From: an uncultured Candidatus Saccharibacteria bacterium
Lineage (GTDB): Bacteria > Patescibacteriota > Minisyncoccia > Phycocordibacterales > UBA6065
Assembly (NCBI GenBank): GCA_964368835.1
Contig: CAYJCZ010000001.1
Coordinates: 25,481 to 89,480, forward strand
DNA length: 64,000 bases
Direction of reading: 5' to 3'
In this document: positions 27,326-36,398 of the stretch, one piece after another
Position numbering within the stretch: the first letter of the stretch is position 1
Layout of the letters: every line of letters starts with the position of its first letter
Made by a program: the position numbers and the translations under genes
Notes under the pieces: generated by a model
Databases searched by the model: none
Seen by the model: only the letters and a program-made list of their open reading frames with translations
Told to the model about the DNA's origin: nothing

Positions 27326-28297
27326 ATGGATATTCTAAAAGGATTGTTTAAGGAGTTTGGATGGTTTATTTGGGGCATGGTTGGCCTTGCCCTCATTTGG
27401 TTTTTTACTGGAGGGCCACAGCGAGAAATTTCCCATCAGGGACCGTTCTTGAAACCTCCAGCACCGCTTGATAGCGGCAAAGGATATGGCCCATATTATT
27501 TTGGTACACCAACTAATCCAAAGCAGACACTCGATCTACCCGAATCACCAGAAGTGGTTATTAAAAATGCTGAAGAAGCTATAGAAAGTTTCTTTGAGCA
27601 GTCAGAGCAAGCGAAAAAAATCCACGCGACATCGCTTTTAGCTAAGAACATCTCACTTGATGGAACAGCGGGCGCGCGCAGCTCGAAACCATCCGAAGAA
27701 TATGTTCGTATCGTGGCAAGCCCATACCTGAATGGAACCGTAAAGATTTCAGGGCTTTTATTGAAAGGTTATTCAAAAAATTCAAACATAACTATTCCTA
27801 AGGCGGCAATCCTTCCACTCACCGGTGTCACCGTTTCAAAAAGCGATGTGTCCCTCCCAGCTGGCGGCCGTGCGCTTATAACTACTGGACGATCCCCTAT
27901 CGGTACCTCATTTCAAATAAACATGTGCACTGGTTATCTTGATCAATACCAAACCTATACACCTGCGCTCCTCAAGGACTGCCCAAGCCCTGTCGATGAA
28001 TTACGAATGTATGGCCCAGAAAATGAATCGTCGTGCGTCGACTTTGTTGAAAAACTTCCGCGATGTCGAATCTACAACGGCTCTTTCCCTGCAAACATCT
28101 CAGCTTCATGTAAATCTTTCGTCACAGAAAAACTCAACTACAATAGCTGCGCACTCAATCACAAAAACGATGCAAAGTTTTATTCAAATGAATGGCGAAT
28201 CTTCCTTGATAAAACAAGCGAGCTCTGGAGCGACAAAAACGAAATCATCCGCCTTATTGATAGCAAAGCAAAGACAATCGACGCGATAACCTATTAG
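27326..28297 (+). CDS. membrane-anchored Cys-containing extracytoplasmic protein, hypothetical
   Basis: N-terminal TM (FGWFIWGMVGLALIWFF), 323 aa, several Cys pairs. Overlaps the convergent SpoU gene by 4 nt. Confidence 0.45.
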   Translation: MDILKGLFKEFGWFIWGMVGLALIWFFTGGPQREISHQGPFLKPPAPLDSGKGYGPYYFGTPTNPKQTLDLPESPEVVIKNAEEAIESFFEQSEQAKKIHATSLLAKNISLDGTAGARSSKPSEEYVRIVASPYLNGTVKISGLLLKGYSKNSNITIPKAAILPLTGVTVSKSDVSLPAGGRALITTGRSPIGTSFQINMCTGYLDQYQTYTPALLKDCPSPVDELRMYGPENESSCVDFVEKLPRCRIYNGSFPANISASCKSFVTEKLNYNSCALNHKNDAKFYSNEWRIFLDKTSELWSDKNEIIRLIDSKAKTIDAITY

Positions 28298-28767
28298 TCG
28301 AACCAGCGATAAAGAATAATTCCCGCTGAAACTGATACGTTAAGCGACTCTTTCTTCCCTCTCATTGGTATTTCGGCAATTACATCAGATTTAGAAAGGA
28401 TTGATTTCGAAACCCCCTCGACCTCATTTCCAAAAACAACAAGTACTTTTGTACCTCGTTTTACTTTCTTGTAATCTACTGAGGATTCGGACTGCTCGAC
28501 AGAAATTATCTGAACTTTTTCTTTCTTAAGTCGATTAAGTATCGACACCGGCGTTTTTGCATACTCCCACGCCATTGTTTTTTCTGATCCAAGTGCAGAC
28601 TTGGCAAAATCGTTTCGCGGCTGACCAAACCGATCAACCGGCGTTGGTGTATAGCCGGTAATATAGATTTTTGTAGCACCAATCGCATCCGCAGTTCGAA
28701 AGATTGCACCCGCGTTATAGACCGAGCGTATGTCGTGAAGGAGGATATATACTTCGGTTCTTTTCAT
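28294..28767 (-). CDS. SpoU/TrmH-family RNA 2'-O-methyltransferase (SPOUT)
   Basis: LLHDIRSVYNAGAIFRTADAIGATKIYITGYTP... and the C-terminal SPOUT knot region; 157 aa. Confidence 0.8.
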   Translation of the reverse strand: MKRTEVYILLHDIRSVYNAGAIFRTADAIGATKIYITGYTPTPVDRFGQPRNDFAKSALGSEKTMAWEYAKTPVSILNRLKKEKVQIISVEQSESSVDYKKVKRGTKVLVVFGNEVEGVSKSILSKSDVIAEIPMRGKKESLNVSVSAGIILYRWFD

Positions 28768-28834
28768 ACGACAATACTAACGATAAATTGTCATTTAGCA
28801 ATTTTCTGCTATCATCAATTTACTTTTTAAGTTT

Positions 28835-28907
28835 CCGCCCATAGCTCAGTCGGTAGAGCAGCTCCCTTTTAAGGAGAGGGTCCCAGGTTCGATTCCTGGT
28901 GGGCGGA
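28835..28907 (+). tRNA. tRNA-Lys (anticodon TTT)
   Basis: CCGCCCA-TA-GCTC-AGTCGGTA-GAGC-A-GCTCC-CTTTTAA-GGAGA-GGGTC-CCAGG-TTCGATT-CCTGG-TGGGCGG-A. Canonical D and T arms, with one G-A mismatch at the base of the anticodon stem. Confidence 0.8.
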
Positions 28908-28996
28908 CAAGTGTAATCATTGTCGGTGGACAAATATTTTGACTTTAAAGCTTTGCGGAGCTACTCTTTGAAAGTTGCATCCCTTGCAATGCCTCA

Positions 28997-29344
28997 ATGC
29001 GAAGGCAAATCGCACAAGCTCCTCCACACAATCCAGTCATGATTACTTGCACAGAATCAGGCATCAGCCTCTCCGGCAAAGTGTTTGTCGTATGCGTCGG
29101 CGAAGACAAAAGCAGGTCGGTGCCGTTATCTCCAAGTTTAATCGATTCGATACCACCCCACCTCAAGTCAAAAACCAAACACTTCAAAAGAGGTTTGGGG
29201 GTAAACATCTGCAAAGCCAGAGTGGTCGGCGAAGATGAATACGTTCGTCTTTCCTTCGAGCCCGTCACGGATTTTTGTTTCTCCGTGGCCGAGAATGTTT
29301 TCAAACGCTATGTCCCGAAGGCGGCTGCACGTTTTCTTTCATAG
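28997..29344 (+). CDS. hypothetical protein (115 aa)
   Basis: Followed directly by a plus-strand intrinsic terminator (29350-29376), which favours it over the overlapping minus ORF 28945-29304. Confidence 0.35.
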   Translation: MRRQIAQAPPHNPVMITCTESGISLSGKVFVVCVGEDKSRSVPLSPSLIDSIPPHLKSKTKHFKRGLGVNICKARVVGEDEYVRLSFEPVTDFCFSVAENVFKRYVPKAAARFLS

Positions 29345-29349
29345 TCTCC

Positions 29350-29376
29350 CTGCCCTGCTTCAAGCAGGGTTTTTTA
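29350..29376 (+). terminator. rho-independent terminator
   Basis: CCCTGC-TTCAA-GCAGGG then TTTTTTAT. Confidence 0.65.
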
Positions 29377-29379
29377 TAC

Positions 29380-30096
29380 CTAAATATCGAGAGCAAATTT
29401 CTCGAGCTCAATTTCAAAATCAACTTCTCCACGGTGCGCCTTGTGATACATAGAGACAAGACTTGAAAGCATTTTCTGTATCTCTCCCTTTTTAAAATTG
29501 CCGACATATCGCTTTGCCTTTCCATAGACGAAAGGATTAAGTCCTGCCTCTGTCGCTGATGAGGTCTTCTCGGCTAGTGCAAGAGATTTCATCTGCCAAA
29601 AAAGAATTCCATGAATCTCCTCGGACACCGCATCACCATCAAGCGCCTCTCGAATGCCGACCCAAAGCCCTTTTTTATCTCGAGCACCCAGCGCATCTGC
29701 AAGGTGGAAAAATCCTCCTCCCTCTTTTTTCTTTTCCTCCTTTGATTCGTATTCAGTAATTTTCTCAGCTCTCTTTTCAAGCTTCTTTAAAACTTCCTTT
29801 GTGAGTTTTCCTTCGAAAAATATAAAGATGTTTGGAGATTCGGCGATTGCTTCGATCCTTTCAAGCATCACTTCGCGCACATCTTTATTCTCTAGCGTTC
29901 GATCCATAAATAGAATCTGCTTGTTTTCAAAAAGGCCTTGAGTTTGAGTTAGTTCATCAAGCCTCTCGAGAGTAATCTCCTCCATTGTTATTGTTCCAGC
30001 TGATGCGTCTGGTTTCTTTTCCTTGAGCGCATTAAAAAGCGCATGAGATTTCTCTCGAGCCTTCTCAATATCGGTTCCGTAGATGACGTATAGCAT
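29380..30096 (-). CDS. holA: DNA polymerase III delta subunit (HolA-like)
   Basis: MLYVIYGTDIEKAREKSHALF... has the length, helical character and position expected of the delta subunit; 238 aa. Confidence 0.6.
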   Translation of the reverse strand: MLYVIYGTDIEKAREKSHALFNALKEKKPDASAGTITMEEITLERLDELTQTQGLFENKQILFMDRTLENKDVREVMLERIEAIAESPNIFIFFEGKLTKEVLKKLEKRAEKITEYESKEEKKKEGGGFFHLADALGARDKKGLWVGIREALDGDAVSEEIHGILFWQMKSLALAEKTSSATEAGLNPFVYGKAKRYVGNFKKGEIQKMLSSLVSMYHKAHRGEVDFEIELEKFALDI

Positions 30097-32465
30097 TATA
30101 TTTTTTCCATCTCACCCCAGTTATTCCCCACTTTCGCATCCGCAACACACACAATTCCAAAGATATCTTTTGGATTAATGATACCCTCCATAATTTTCTT
30201 TATCTCAGGAATTATTTTGTCCGCGACTTTATCTTTTGCTTCAAGTACGATTTCGTCATGAACCTGGAGGAGCATGTGTACGTCATTCTCTAGTTTTTCC
30301 TTCTTCAAGTATTCATCGATGCGGATCATAGCGATCTTTACGATATCCGCTTCGGTACCTTGAATTGGCGCGTTGATTGCCATGCGTTCTGCGGCCGCAC
30401 GTATAAAAGGTAGTTTCGAATTAATACCATCAAAATATCGCCTGCGGCCAAAATACGTTTCTGTATAGCCCTGACGTAGAGCATCAGCTTTTACACTTTC
30501 AAGATAATCGCGCAGGCCGTGGAACTTCTCAAAATACTCGTTATAGAATTTCTGAGCTGTCTTGCGATCAACTCCCATATTTTTCTGGAGTGCCATAACA
30601 CCCATGCCGTACATCACTCCGAAGTTAATAACTTTTGCTTGGCTTCGCATCGCCTTTGTCACTTGATCAACAGATACACCAAACACCTGCGCGGCAACAG
30701 CAGCATGAACATCCTCCCCTCTTTTAAAGATATCAATAAACTTTTCATCTTTTGAAAGAAATGCAGCAATGCGCAATTCAATCTGAGAATAATCAAAAGC
30801 AACAAGCTTCCAACCTTTATCTACCGTAAACGCATCACGAATCTTTCTACCCAGCTCTGTTCTGTTTGGAATGTTTTGAACCCCAGGATCCTTGGTTGCC
30901 ATACGACCTGTAGCAGCGCCGGTTTGAATAAATGTTGCATGGAGCCGTGAAGCATCATCAAGAAGCGGAGGAATGGCATCGATGTATGTTCCTAAAAGCT
31001 TTGCTAATTCACGGTATTTGAGAATTTCTGCAATTATAGGATGCTCGTCCAAAAGCTTTTCGAGCTCTGATTCCTTTGTAGAAAGCGCTCCTCCTGCTGT
31101 CTTCTTTTTTGATACGAGACCCAGTTTTGTAAAAAGCACTTCACCCAACTGCTTTGGTGAAGCAACATTAAATTCCATGTCAGCCATCTTCCAAATACTT
31201 TTTTCTAGCTTTGAAAGTTCCTTGTGATACAAAGCACCCAACTCTTCAAGATATTTTTTATCTATCTTTACCCCAACCACCTTCATGGTGTCTATGATTG
31301 GAATAAGCGGCTTTTCGATTTCTTCATACACTTTTACGAGATTTTTCTTTTTGATCTCATTTTCAAGTGTCTTGTACGCCTCATCAAAAGTTTTTGCTTT
31401 AGTGAAATTTATAACATCCTCAAACCCTGGATCCGTGAGGTTAGAATTTACAAGCCAGAGCATAATATTTGCTTCCTTAAGTCGCATTGGATCAACGCTC
31501 GACTCAAGTATCGCCTCTTCTTTTATCTCCTCCACTGGCTCATCCTTTGCACCGTTATGGCCAAGTACGGTCTTTAGTCTCGACGTCATCGTCCTAAACT
31601 CAAGATCAGCAAAGAGCTTTGCGGCTTTATCAATATCAATGCCATCTCGCCATGTTTTTTCCGGCATCTTCCAATCAATCGGCGCATCACGACGAATAGT
31701 TGCAAGAACTTTTGAAAAGTCCGCGTCTTCTTTGCCATTCTCCAACAGCTCAATCATTCGCGGAGTAATTCCCGCTTCAATAAATTGCTCCTTATCTTTT
31801 TTGAGCGCTTTATAAATTTCCTCAATGCTGCCAAATTTTGTAATGAGAATTGTTGCAGTCTTTTCTCCAATGCCCTTGATACCAATAATATTATCTGACG
31901 GATCTCCACGAAGTCCCTTATAGTCTGGCAAAAGCTCTGGTCCAAAACCAAATCGCTCTCGTACTGCTTTTTCATCATAAAGAATAGTGTCTTTGATTCC
32001 CTTTTTGAGAGTGTATACCTGAACTTTTTTGTCCGAGACGAGCTGCAACGTATCCATGTCCCCCGACGCAATAATCACCTCAATTTCTTTATCTTTAAGC
32101 GTGCGCTCAACAATTGTTCCTAAAATATCATCAGCCTCAAAACCCTCTTTGTCATAAATCGGTATATGAAGAGCATTAAAAATTTCTCGTGAGCGAATGA
32201 TCTGGGTAACAAGAGCATCATCAGTCTTTGCTCGACCTGCTTTGTAGTCTTTGTATGCTTCGTGTCTGTGAGTAGGCTTTGGTAAGTCATATGCAGCAAC
32301 CACATAGTCGGGTTTAAGCATTTCGATTGCACTGAAAAGCATCGTGCAGAGACCGTAGAGTCCGCCCGTTGGTTCACCTTTAGACGTCGCAAAATCAGGC
32401 ATGCCGTGATATGCCCTGTGAATAATTGCGTGAGAGTCGAGTAGGATAAGGCGTTTCATGGGCAC
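30096..32465 (-). CDS. polA: DNA polymerase I
   Basis: N-terminal 5'-3' exonuclease (LILLDSHAIIHRAYHG) and C-terminal family A polymerase motifs (DYSQIELR, KVINFGVMYGM, QVHDEIV); 789 aa. Confidence 0.95.
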   Translation of the reverse strand: MPMKRLILLDSHAIIHRAYHGMPDFATSKGEPTGGLYGLCTMLFSAIEMLKPDYVVAAYDLPKPTHRHEAYKDYKAGRAKTDDALVTQIIRSREIFNALHIPIYDKEGFEADDILGTIVERTLKDKEIEVIIASGDMDTLQLVSDKKVQVYTLKKGIKDTILYDEKAVRERFGFGPELLPDYKGLRGDPSDNIIGIKGIGEKTATILITKFGSIEEIYKALKKDKEQFIEAGITPRMIELLENGKEDADFSKVLATIRRDAPIDWKMPEKTWRDGIDIDKAAKLFADLEFRTMTSRLKTVLGHNGAKDEPVEEIKEEAILESSVDPMRLKEANIMLWLVNSNLTDPGFEDVINFTKAKTFDEAYKTLENEIKKKNLVKVYEEIEKPLIPIIDTMKVVGVKIDKKYLEELGALYHKELSKLEKSIWKMADMEFNVASPKQLGEVLFTKLGLVSKKKTAGGALSTKESELEKLLDEHPIIAEILKYRELAKLLGTYIDAIPPLLDDASRLHATFIQTGAATGRMATKDPGVQNIPNRTELGRKIRDAFTVDKGWKLVAFDYSQIELRIAAFLSKDEKFIDIFKRGEDVHAAVAAQVFGVSVDQVTKAMRSQAKVINFGVMYGMGVMALQKNMGVDRKTAQKFYNEYFEKFHGLRDYLESVKADALRQGYTETYFGRRRYFDGINSKLPFIRAAAERMAINAPIQGTEADIVKIAMIRIDEYLKKEKLENDVHMLLQVHDEIVLEAKDKVADKIIPEIKKIMEGIINPKDIFGIVCVADAKVGNNWGEMEKI

Positions 32466-32543
32466 ATTATATGTTTATTTTCGTCCATAAGCCCTATTGA
32501 CTATTCATAAATAAATGATAATTTCAGCCAAGGAAATTTACCC

Positions 32544-32825
32544 ATGCTCCCAAAAAAACCTGTCTCGATTAGCCTGGAATTCGCAGAGTTTGTATCCAAA
32601 AAATTGCTCGGTAAAGATGAAGAGCTAATTGTCTCTCTCACACTACTAAAAAAAGAGCCTGAAAAAGCTCGAGAGGTGGTGCAAGGTAATCTTTACGAGT
32701 TGACCGTTATTGCCGCACTGGAACTTAAGGAGATGATTATCATCCACAACACGGAGCTAGCAGCTCAGGAAATCATCGAGTACATACAGCAAATCTACGC
32801 ACAGCAAATCGCCTCCATTAAGTAA
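32544..32825 (+). CDS. hypothetical protein (93 aa)
   Basis: Clean ORF, helical, no recognisable family. Confidence 0.3.
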   Translation: MLPKKPVSISLEFAEFVSKKLLGKDEELIVSLTLLKKEPEKAREVVQGNLYELTVIAALELKEMIIIHNTELAAQEIIEYIQQIYAQQIASIK

Positions 32826-32834
32826 TGGGGCTTT

Positions 32835-33287
32835 TTATTTGATCTCGATTCCTCTTGTAGTCTCATCTATAAACTTAAATGAGATCCTAATTGCGTCTTT
32901 TGGTAGTGCGGCACCTATGTTTTCCGGCCATTCGATTACGATCAAATTTCCTCTATCTGAGAGAGTTGCTTCCCATCCCAGTCGCATTATTTCCTCAGGC
33001 TTCTCGAGTCTATAGGCATCAATATGAATAAATCGCTTGAAGTGAAAATGATTTTGAATATCGAATCTCTTTTCTATAACAAATGTCGGGCTTGTTATGT
33101 GGTTTGGTGAAATCCCTAACGCCTGTGCAAAAGCTTTTGTAAACGTAGTTTTGCCCGACCCTAAATCTCCAGACAAAGCGACCACGGTTGCGCCGGATGT
33201 ATGTGGATGAAGTTTCGATACAAAATCACATGCCATCTTTTCTGTATCTGTAAGACTTTTTGAAATCATATATCTACTGTATATCAT
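32835..33287 (-). CDS. tsaE: tRNA threonylcarbamoyladenosine biosynthesis protein TsaE (YjeE)
   Basis: P-loop VALSGDLGSGKTTFTKAFAQALGI, typical of TsaE; 150 aa. Confidence 0.85.
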   Translation of the reverse strand: MIYSRYMISKSLTDTEKMACDFVSKLHPHTSGATVVALSGDLGSGKTTFTKAFAQALGISPNHITSPTFVIEKRFDIQNHFHFKRFIHIDAYRLEKPEEIMRLGWEATLSDRGNLIVIEWPENIGAALPKDAIRISFKFIDETTRGIEIK

Positions 33288-33338
33288 AAAAACAAAGAGG
33301 GCTCGACCTTACGGTCGAGCCCACGAAATAAATCATCA

Positions 33339-33839
33339 CTAATTCACCACTTTCCTACCGCCGGAACTCCAATTCCCCGAACCGCCTCCACCATACCCAC
33401 CGAAACCGATGGTGTAGTCGTCGAGGGGTGAACTGCGGGGTTGAACCTGGGTCTTGTTGGGAAACTCTTCCCACAAAACCGTCGTGAAGTGCCGCCGACC
33501 GCCGACGGAGACAAACTTTGTCTCGTTGCGGACAACCAACTTTTCCCCGGTTTCGGACAAGGTGTAAACCTTGCTCGTAAACGGGATGTTCTCGCTGTCA
33601 TTCGTCTGACGTAGGAAGATGGTGTGAATGCCACCCGCCTTGAGTCCAGAATGAATCAACTGACCCCGCATGTAGAAGTCTACATACTGCCCTTCTGAAC
33701 CTTTGTTCATGAGGAGCACGTTGTTTTTGGTGAGTCTCGTCGGGGACATGCATCCCGACAAGCCGATTGTGATGATTGCAAAGAGCAGAACTGACAGATA
33801 TTTGATGTTCATGACTGAAAATCTGACTTTTTTAAGCAA
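33339..33839 (-). CDS. lipoprotein with Gly-rich C-terminus, hypothetical
   Basis: Signal peptide with lipobox (ITIGLSGC) and a C-terminal GFGGYGGGGSGNWSSGG tail. Confidence 0.5.
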   Translation of the reverse strand: MLKKVRFSVMNIKYLSVLLFAIITIGLSGCMSPTRLTKNNVLLMNKGSEGQYVDFYMRGQLIHSGLKAGGIHTIFLRQTNDSENIPFTSKVYTLSETGEKLVVRNETKFVSVGGRRHFTTVLWEEFPNKTQVQPRSSPLDDYTIGFGGYGGGGSGNWSSGGRKVVN

Positions 33840-33933
33840 AGCACCATGCTTTACTTCTACCTTATAATTATACTCTATTTTTAGGCTAAAGTCAATAGTA
33901 AGGAAAGGGCTTAAAAACGGTACAATATTCCCT

Positions 33934-35664
33934 ATGACAGTATCTTTTAATGAAGAAAATCAGGATAAAAAACTCGAAGAATTCAATCATCGAGAACAGG
34001 AGGACGTTGCCCAAATCGTTGCGAGCCGTAACGGTCTTGAATACATAGACCTTACTGTTGTGGGTATCAGCATGGATGCTCTTCGTCTCATACCTATCGA
34101 AGAAGCACGTGGCTCAAACATTGCCCCCTTCTCTCTTGTGGGTAAGCGCCTAAAGGTTGCCGTCTCATCGCCGGTAAATTCAAAAACACTTGCGGTTATC
34201 GAGCGCCTAAAAAATATCGGATACGACGTAGTGATGTTTGTTGCCTCTCCCCTAAGCCTTGATAAAGTGTTTGGTCGATATTCTGACCTTACATTCACCA
34301 CAGAAACAAAGGCTGGTGCACTTGAAGTATCAAGCGAAGACATTCGTTCGTATATTGGAAAACTTAAATCTATCGAAGATGTTAAAAATGGCGTCGGTGA
34401 AATTTTGAAGCTTACAAAATCATTCCGAATTTCAAAAATTCTTGAAATTGTACTTTCAGGAGGTCTTGCGACCAAAGCTTCCGACATTCACGTTGAGCCA
34501 GAAGAAGAATACGCCCGCCTCAGATACAGACTCGATGGTGTGCTCACAAATATCATTAACTTTGATCTTGAAACATACAAACTCCTTCTTTCTCGTATAA
34601 AACTTCTCTCAGGACTTAAGCTCAATGTTAAATCTGAGGCTCAAGACGGCCGCTTTAGCGTGAAAGTTGGTGAAGATGATATCGAAATTCGTACCTCAAT
34701 CCTCCCTGGCGCATACAACGAATCAATCGTACTTCGTATTCTTAATCCAAAATCTATTCAAGTTCCGCTTGAGGATCTTGGTATCAATAGCAAATTGATG
34801 GGAATCATAATGAAGGAGGTCGCTCGACCAAACGGAATGATTCTTGTGACAGGTCCAACAGGTTCCGGAAAGACAACAGCCTTGTACGCATTCCTTCGAA
34901 AAATTCACACACCCGACGTAAAGATAATCACTATTGAAGATCCGATCGAATACCATCTCGCTGGTATTGTTCAAACACAAGTTAATCCAGACAAAAATTA
35001 CACCTTTGCACTCGGACTCCGTTCAGCACTCAGGCAGGACCCAGATGTCATCATGGTGGGAGAAATTCGAGACGAAGAAACAGCAAAGATTGCCGTAAAC
35101 TCTGCAGAGACAGGACACCTCGTGCTTTCAACACTTCACACCAACTCTGCTGCCGGTGCCTTCCCTCGCCTCATTGATCTTGGTGTTAATCCAAAAACTA
35201 TTACATCTGCAGTGAACATTGTTCTTGCACAAAGACTCGTGCGAACGCTTTGTACATGTAAAAAAGAAGTCCTCCTCGAAGGTGAACAGAAAAAATACGT
35301 AGGGGATGTCATAAAAAGCGTAATGGATAAATCGCTTACTGCAGGACTTCAGACGGAAAAGATGTGGCTGCCTGTTGGTTGCGACAAATGTAACAATACT
35401 GGGTACAAAGGACGTATTGGTATCCGCGAAGGTGTCATTGTTGATAGCAGCTTGGAAAAAGTAATCGAATACAGCACAAGCGAACATGAAATAAAGCAGG
35501 CAACAAAAAGCCAAGGTATCCCCGACATGCTTCAAGACGGTATTATTCGTGTCCTTCAGGGTGTTACCTCTCTCGACGAACTCAAACGAGTGATTGACCT
35601 TACCGAAGAATTGCCTGAAATAGAGAAAACAGAGGAAAAACCTGTCGAGACTCCCCTCGTATAG
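33934..35664 (+). CDS. pilB: type IV pilus assembly / type II secretion ATPase (PilB/GspE family)
   Basis: T2SSE_N-like N-terminus, Walker A GPTGSGKTT, Asp box, Walker B and His box, and a C-terminal tetracysteine (CTCKK...CDKCNNTGYKGR). Confidence 0.9.
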   Translation: MTVSFNEENQDKKLEEFNHREQEDVAQIVASRNGLEYIDLTVVGISMDALRLIPIEEARGSNIAPFSLVGKRLKVAVSSPVNSKTLAVIERLKNIGYDVVMFVASPLSLDKVFGRYSDLTFTTETKAGALEVSSEDIRSYIGKLKSIEDVKNGVGEILKLTKSFRISKILEIVLSGGLATKASDIHVEPEEEYARLRYRLDGVLTNIINFDLETYKLLLSRIKLLSGLKLNVKSEAQDGRFSVKVGEDDIEIRTSILPGAYNESIVLRILNPKSIQVPLEDLGINSKLMGIIMKEVARPNGMILVTGPTGSGKTTALYAFLRKIHTPDVKIITIEDPIEYHLAGIVQTQVNPDKNYTFALGLRSALRQDPDVIMVGEIRDEETAKIAVNSAETGHLVLSTLHTNSAAGAFPRLIDLGVNPKTITSAVNIVLAQRLVRTLCTCKKEVLLEGEQKKYVGDVIKSVMDKSLTAGLQTEKMWLPVGCDKCNNTGYKGRIGIREGVIVDSSLEKVIEYSTSEHEIKQATKSQGIPDMLQDGIIRVLQGVTSLDELKRVIDLTEELPEIEKTEEKPVETPLV

Positions 35665-35681
35665 TGCGGTAAAATAGAGCC

Positions 35682-36068
35682 ATGATAAATAAATCAAACA
35701 TTCCACAAGCTTTAAATGAATTAAAGCAGGTCGTTTCGCGCGAAGCAGAAGAAATCCGCAAAGATGAGACACAACTCAAGGAGGCTCACACAAAATTAGA
35801 CACCGCCAAGAGTGAAATCAAAGCAGCTGAGGCAAAAATAAAAGAAATGGAAGGTCAGATCCTGCACCTGCGACAAGAAGTGAGCCAGAAAAAAGTCTTT
35901 TTACCAAAAGATGAAGGGTCAGTACATAAACTTGAGTCTGAACTCGAGAAAGTTCGACATGAATATGCACGTCATCAGCATGAAATTGTTGAATTTCAGT
36001 CTGAAATTTCACGAATTCAAAAAGCTGGGCCAAAAAGTGGAAAAGATGAAAACCCTTTGGCGGCATAA
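35682..36068 (+). CDS. coiled-coil protein, hypothetical
   Basis: 128 aa, heptad-rich (KDETQLKEAHTKLDTAKSEIKAAEAKIKEMEGQILHL). Confidence 0.4.
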   Translation: MINKSNIPQALNELKQVVSREAEEIRKDETQLKEAHTKLDTAKSEIKAAEAKIKEMEGQILHLRQEVSQKKVFLPKDEGSVHKLESELEKVRHEYARHQHEIVEFQSEISRIQKAGPKSGKDENPLAA

Positions 36069-36156
36069 GTCAATTTGTCCGATCCCCTATCCTGTGTTCT
36101 CTTGAAAAAATGCTATTGCTACAGTTTATTTGTGGAGTACTATAAAACCCAGAAAG

Positions 36157-36192
36157 GAAAAGCCCGCGCTGTTAGCGCGGGCCGTTCCAGAA
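36157..36192 (-). terminator. rho-independent terminator on minus strand
   Basis: Minus strand GCCCGCGC-UAACA-GCGCGGGC followed by UUUUCCUUUCU. There is no U-run on the plus strand. Confidence 0.55.
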
Positions 36193-36193
36193 C

Positions 36194-36339
36194 ATAAATC
36201 TCTAAGCAATACTTAAAGACATGCATCTAAAGTTAAGCAGAGTTCTTAGGATAGCCCCAGTAGGAAGACCGGAGTCTAACCAGAACGTCCCGAGAATATC
36301 AACTAGTAAATCTTACGATTTAATTGCTTAGAGATTTAT
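36194..36339. repeat. perfect 17-bp inverted repeat pair (ATAAATCTCTAAGCAAT / ATTGCTTAGAGATTTAT) flanking a 112-bp core
   Basis: IR-L is 36194-36210 and IR-R is 36323-36339, exact reverse complements. Located in the intergenic region upstream of ruvB. Confidence 0.8.
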
Positions 36340-36398
36340 ATCCTGGAAAACCTATTTCAACTGATCTTGTAGCGATATCTTAGCATAAAGCCACCAAC

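Noticed and set aside
28945-29304. 119-aa minus-strand ORF overlapping 28997-29344 (+)
   Set aside because: The plus-strand ORF is followed directly by a plus-strand-only intrinsic terminator. The minus ORF would run head-on from holA into the tRNA-Lys gene region with no terminator.
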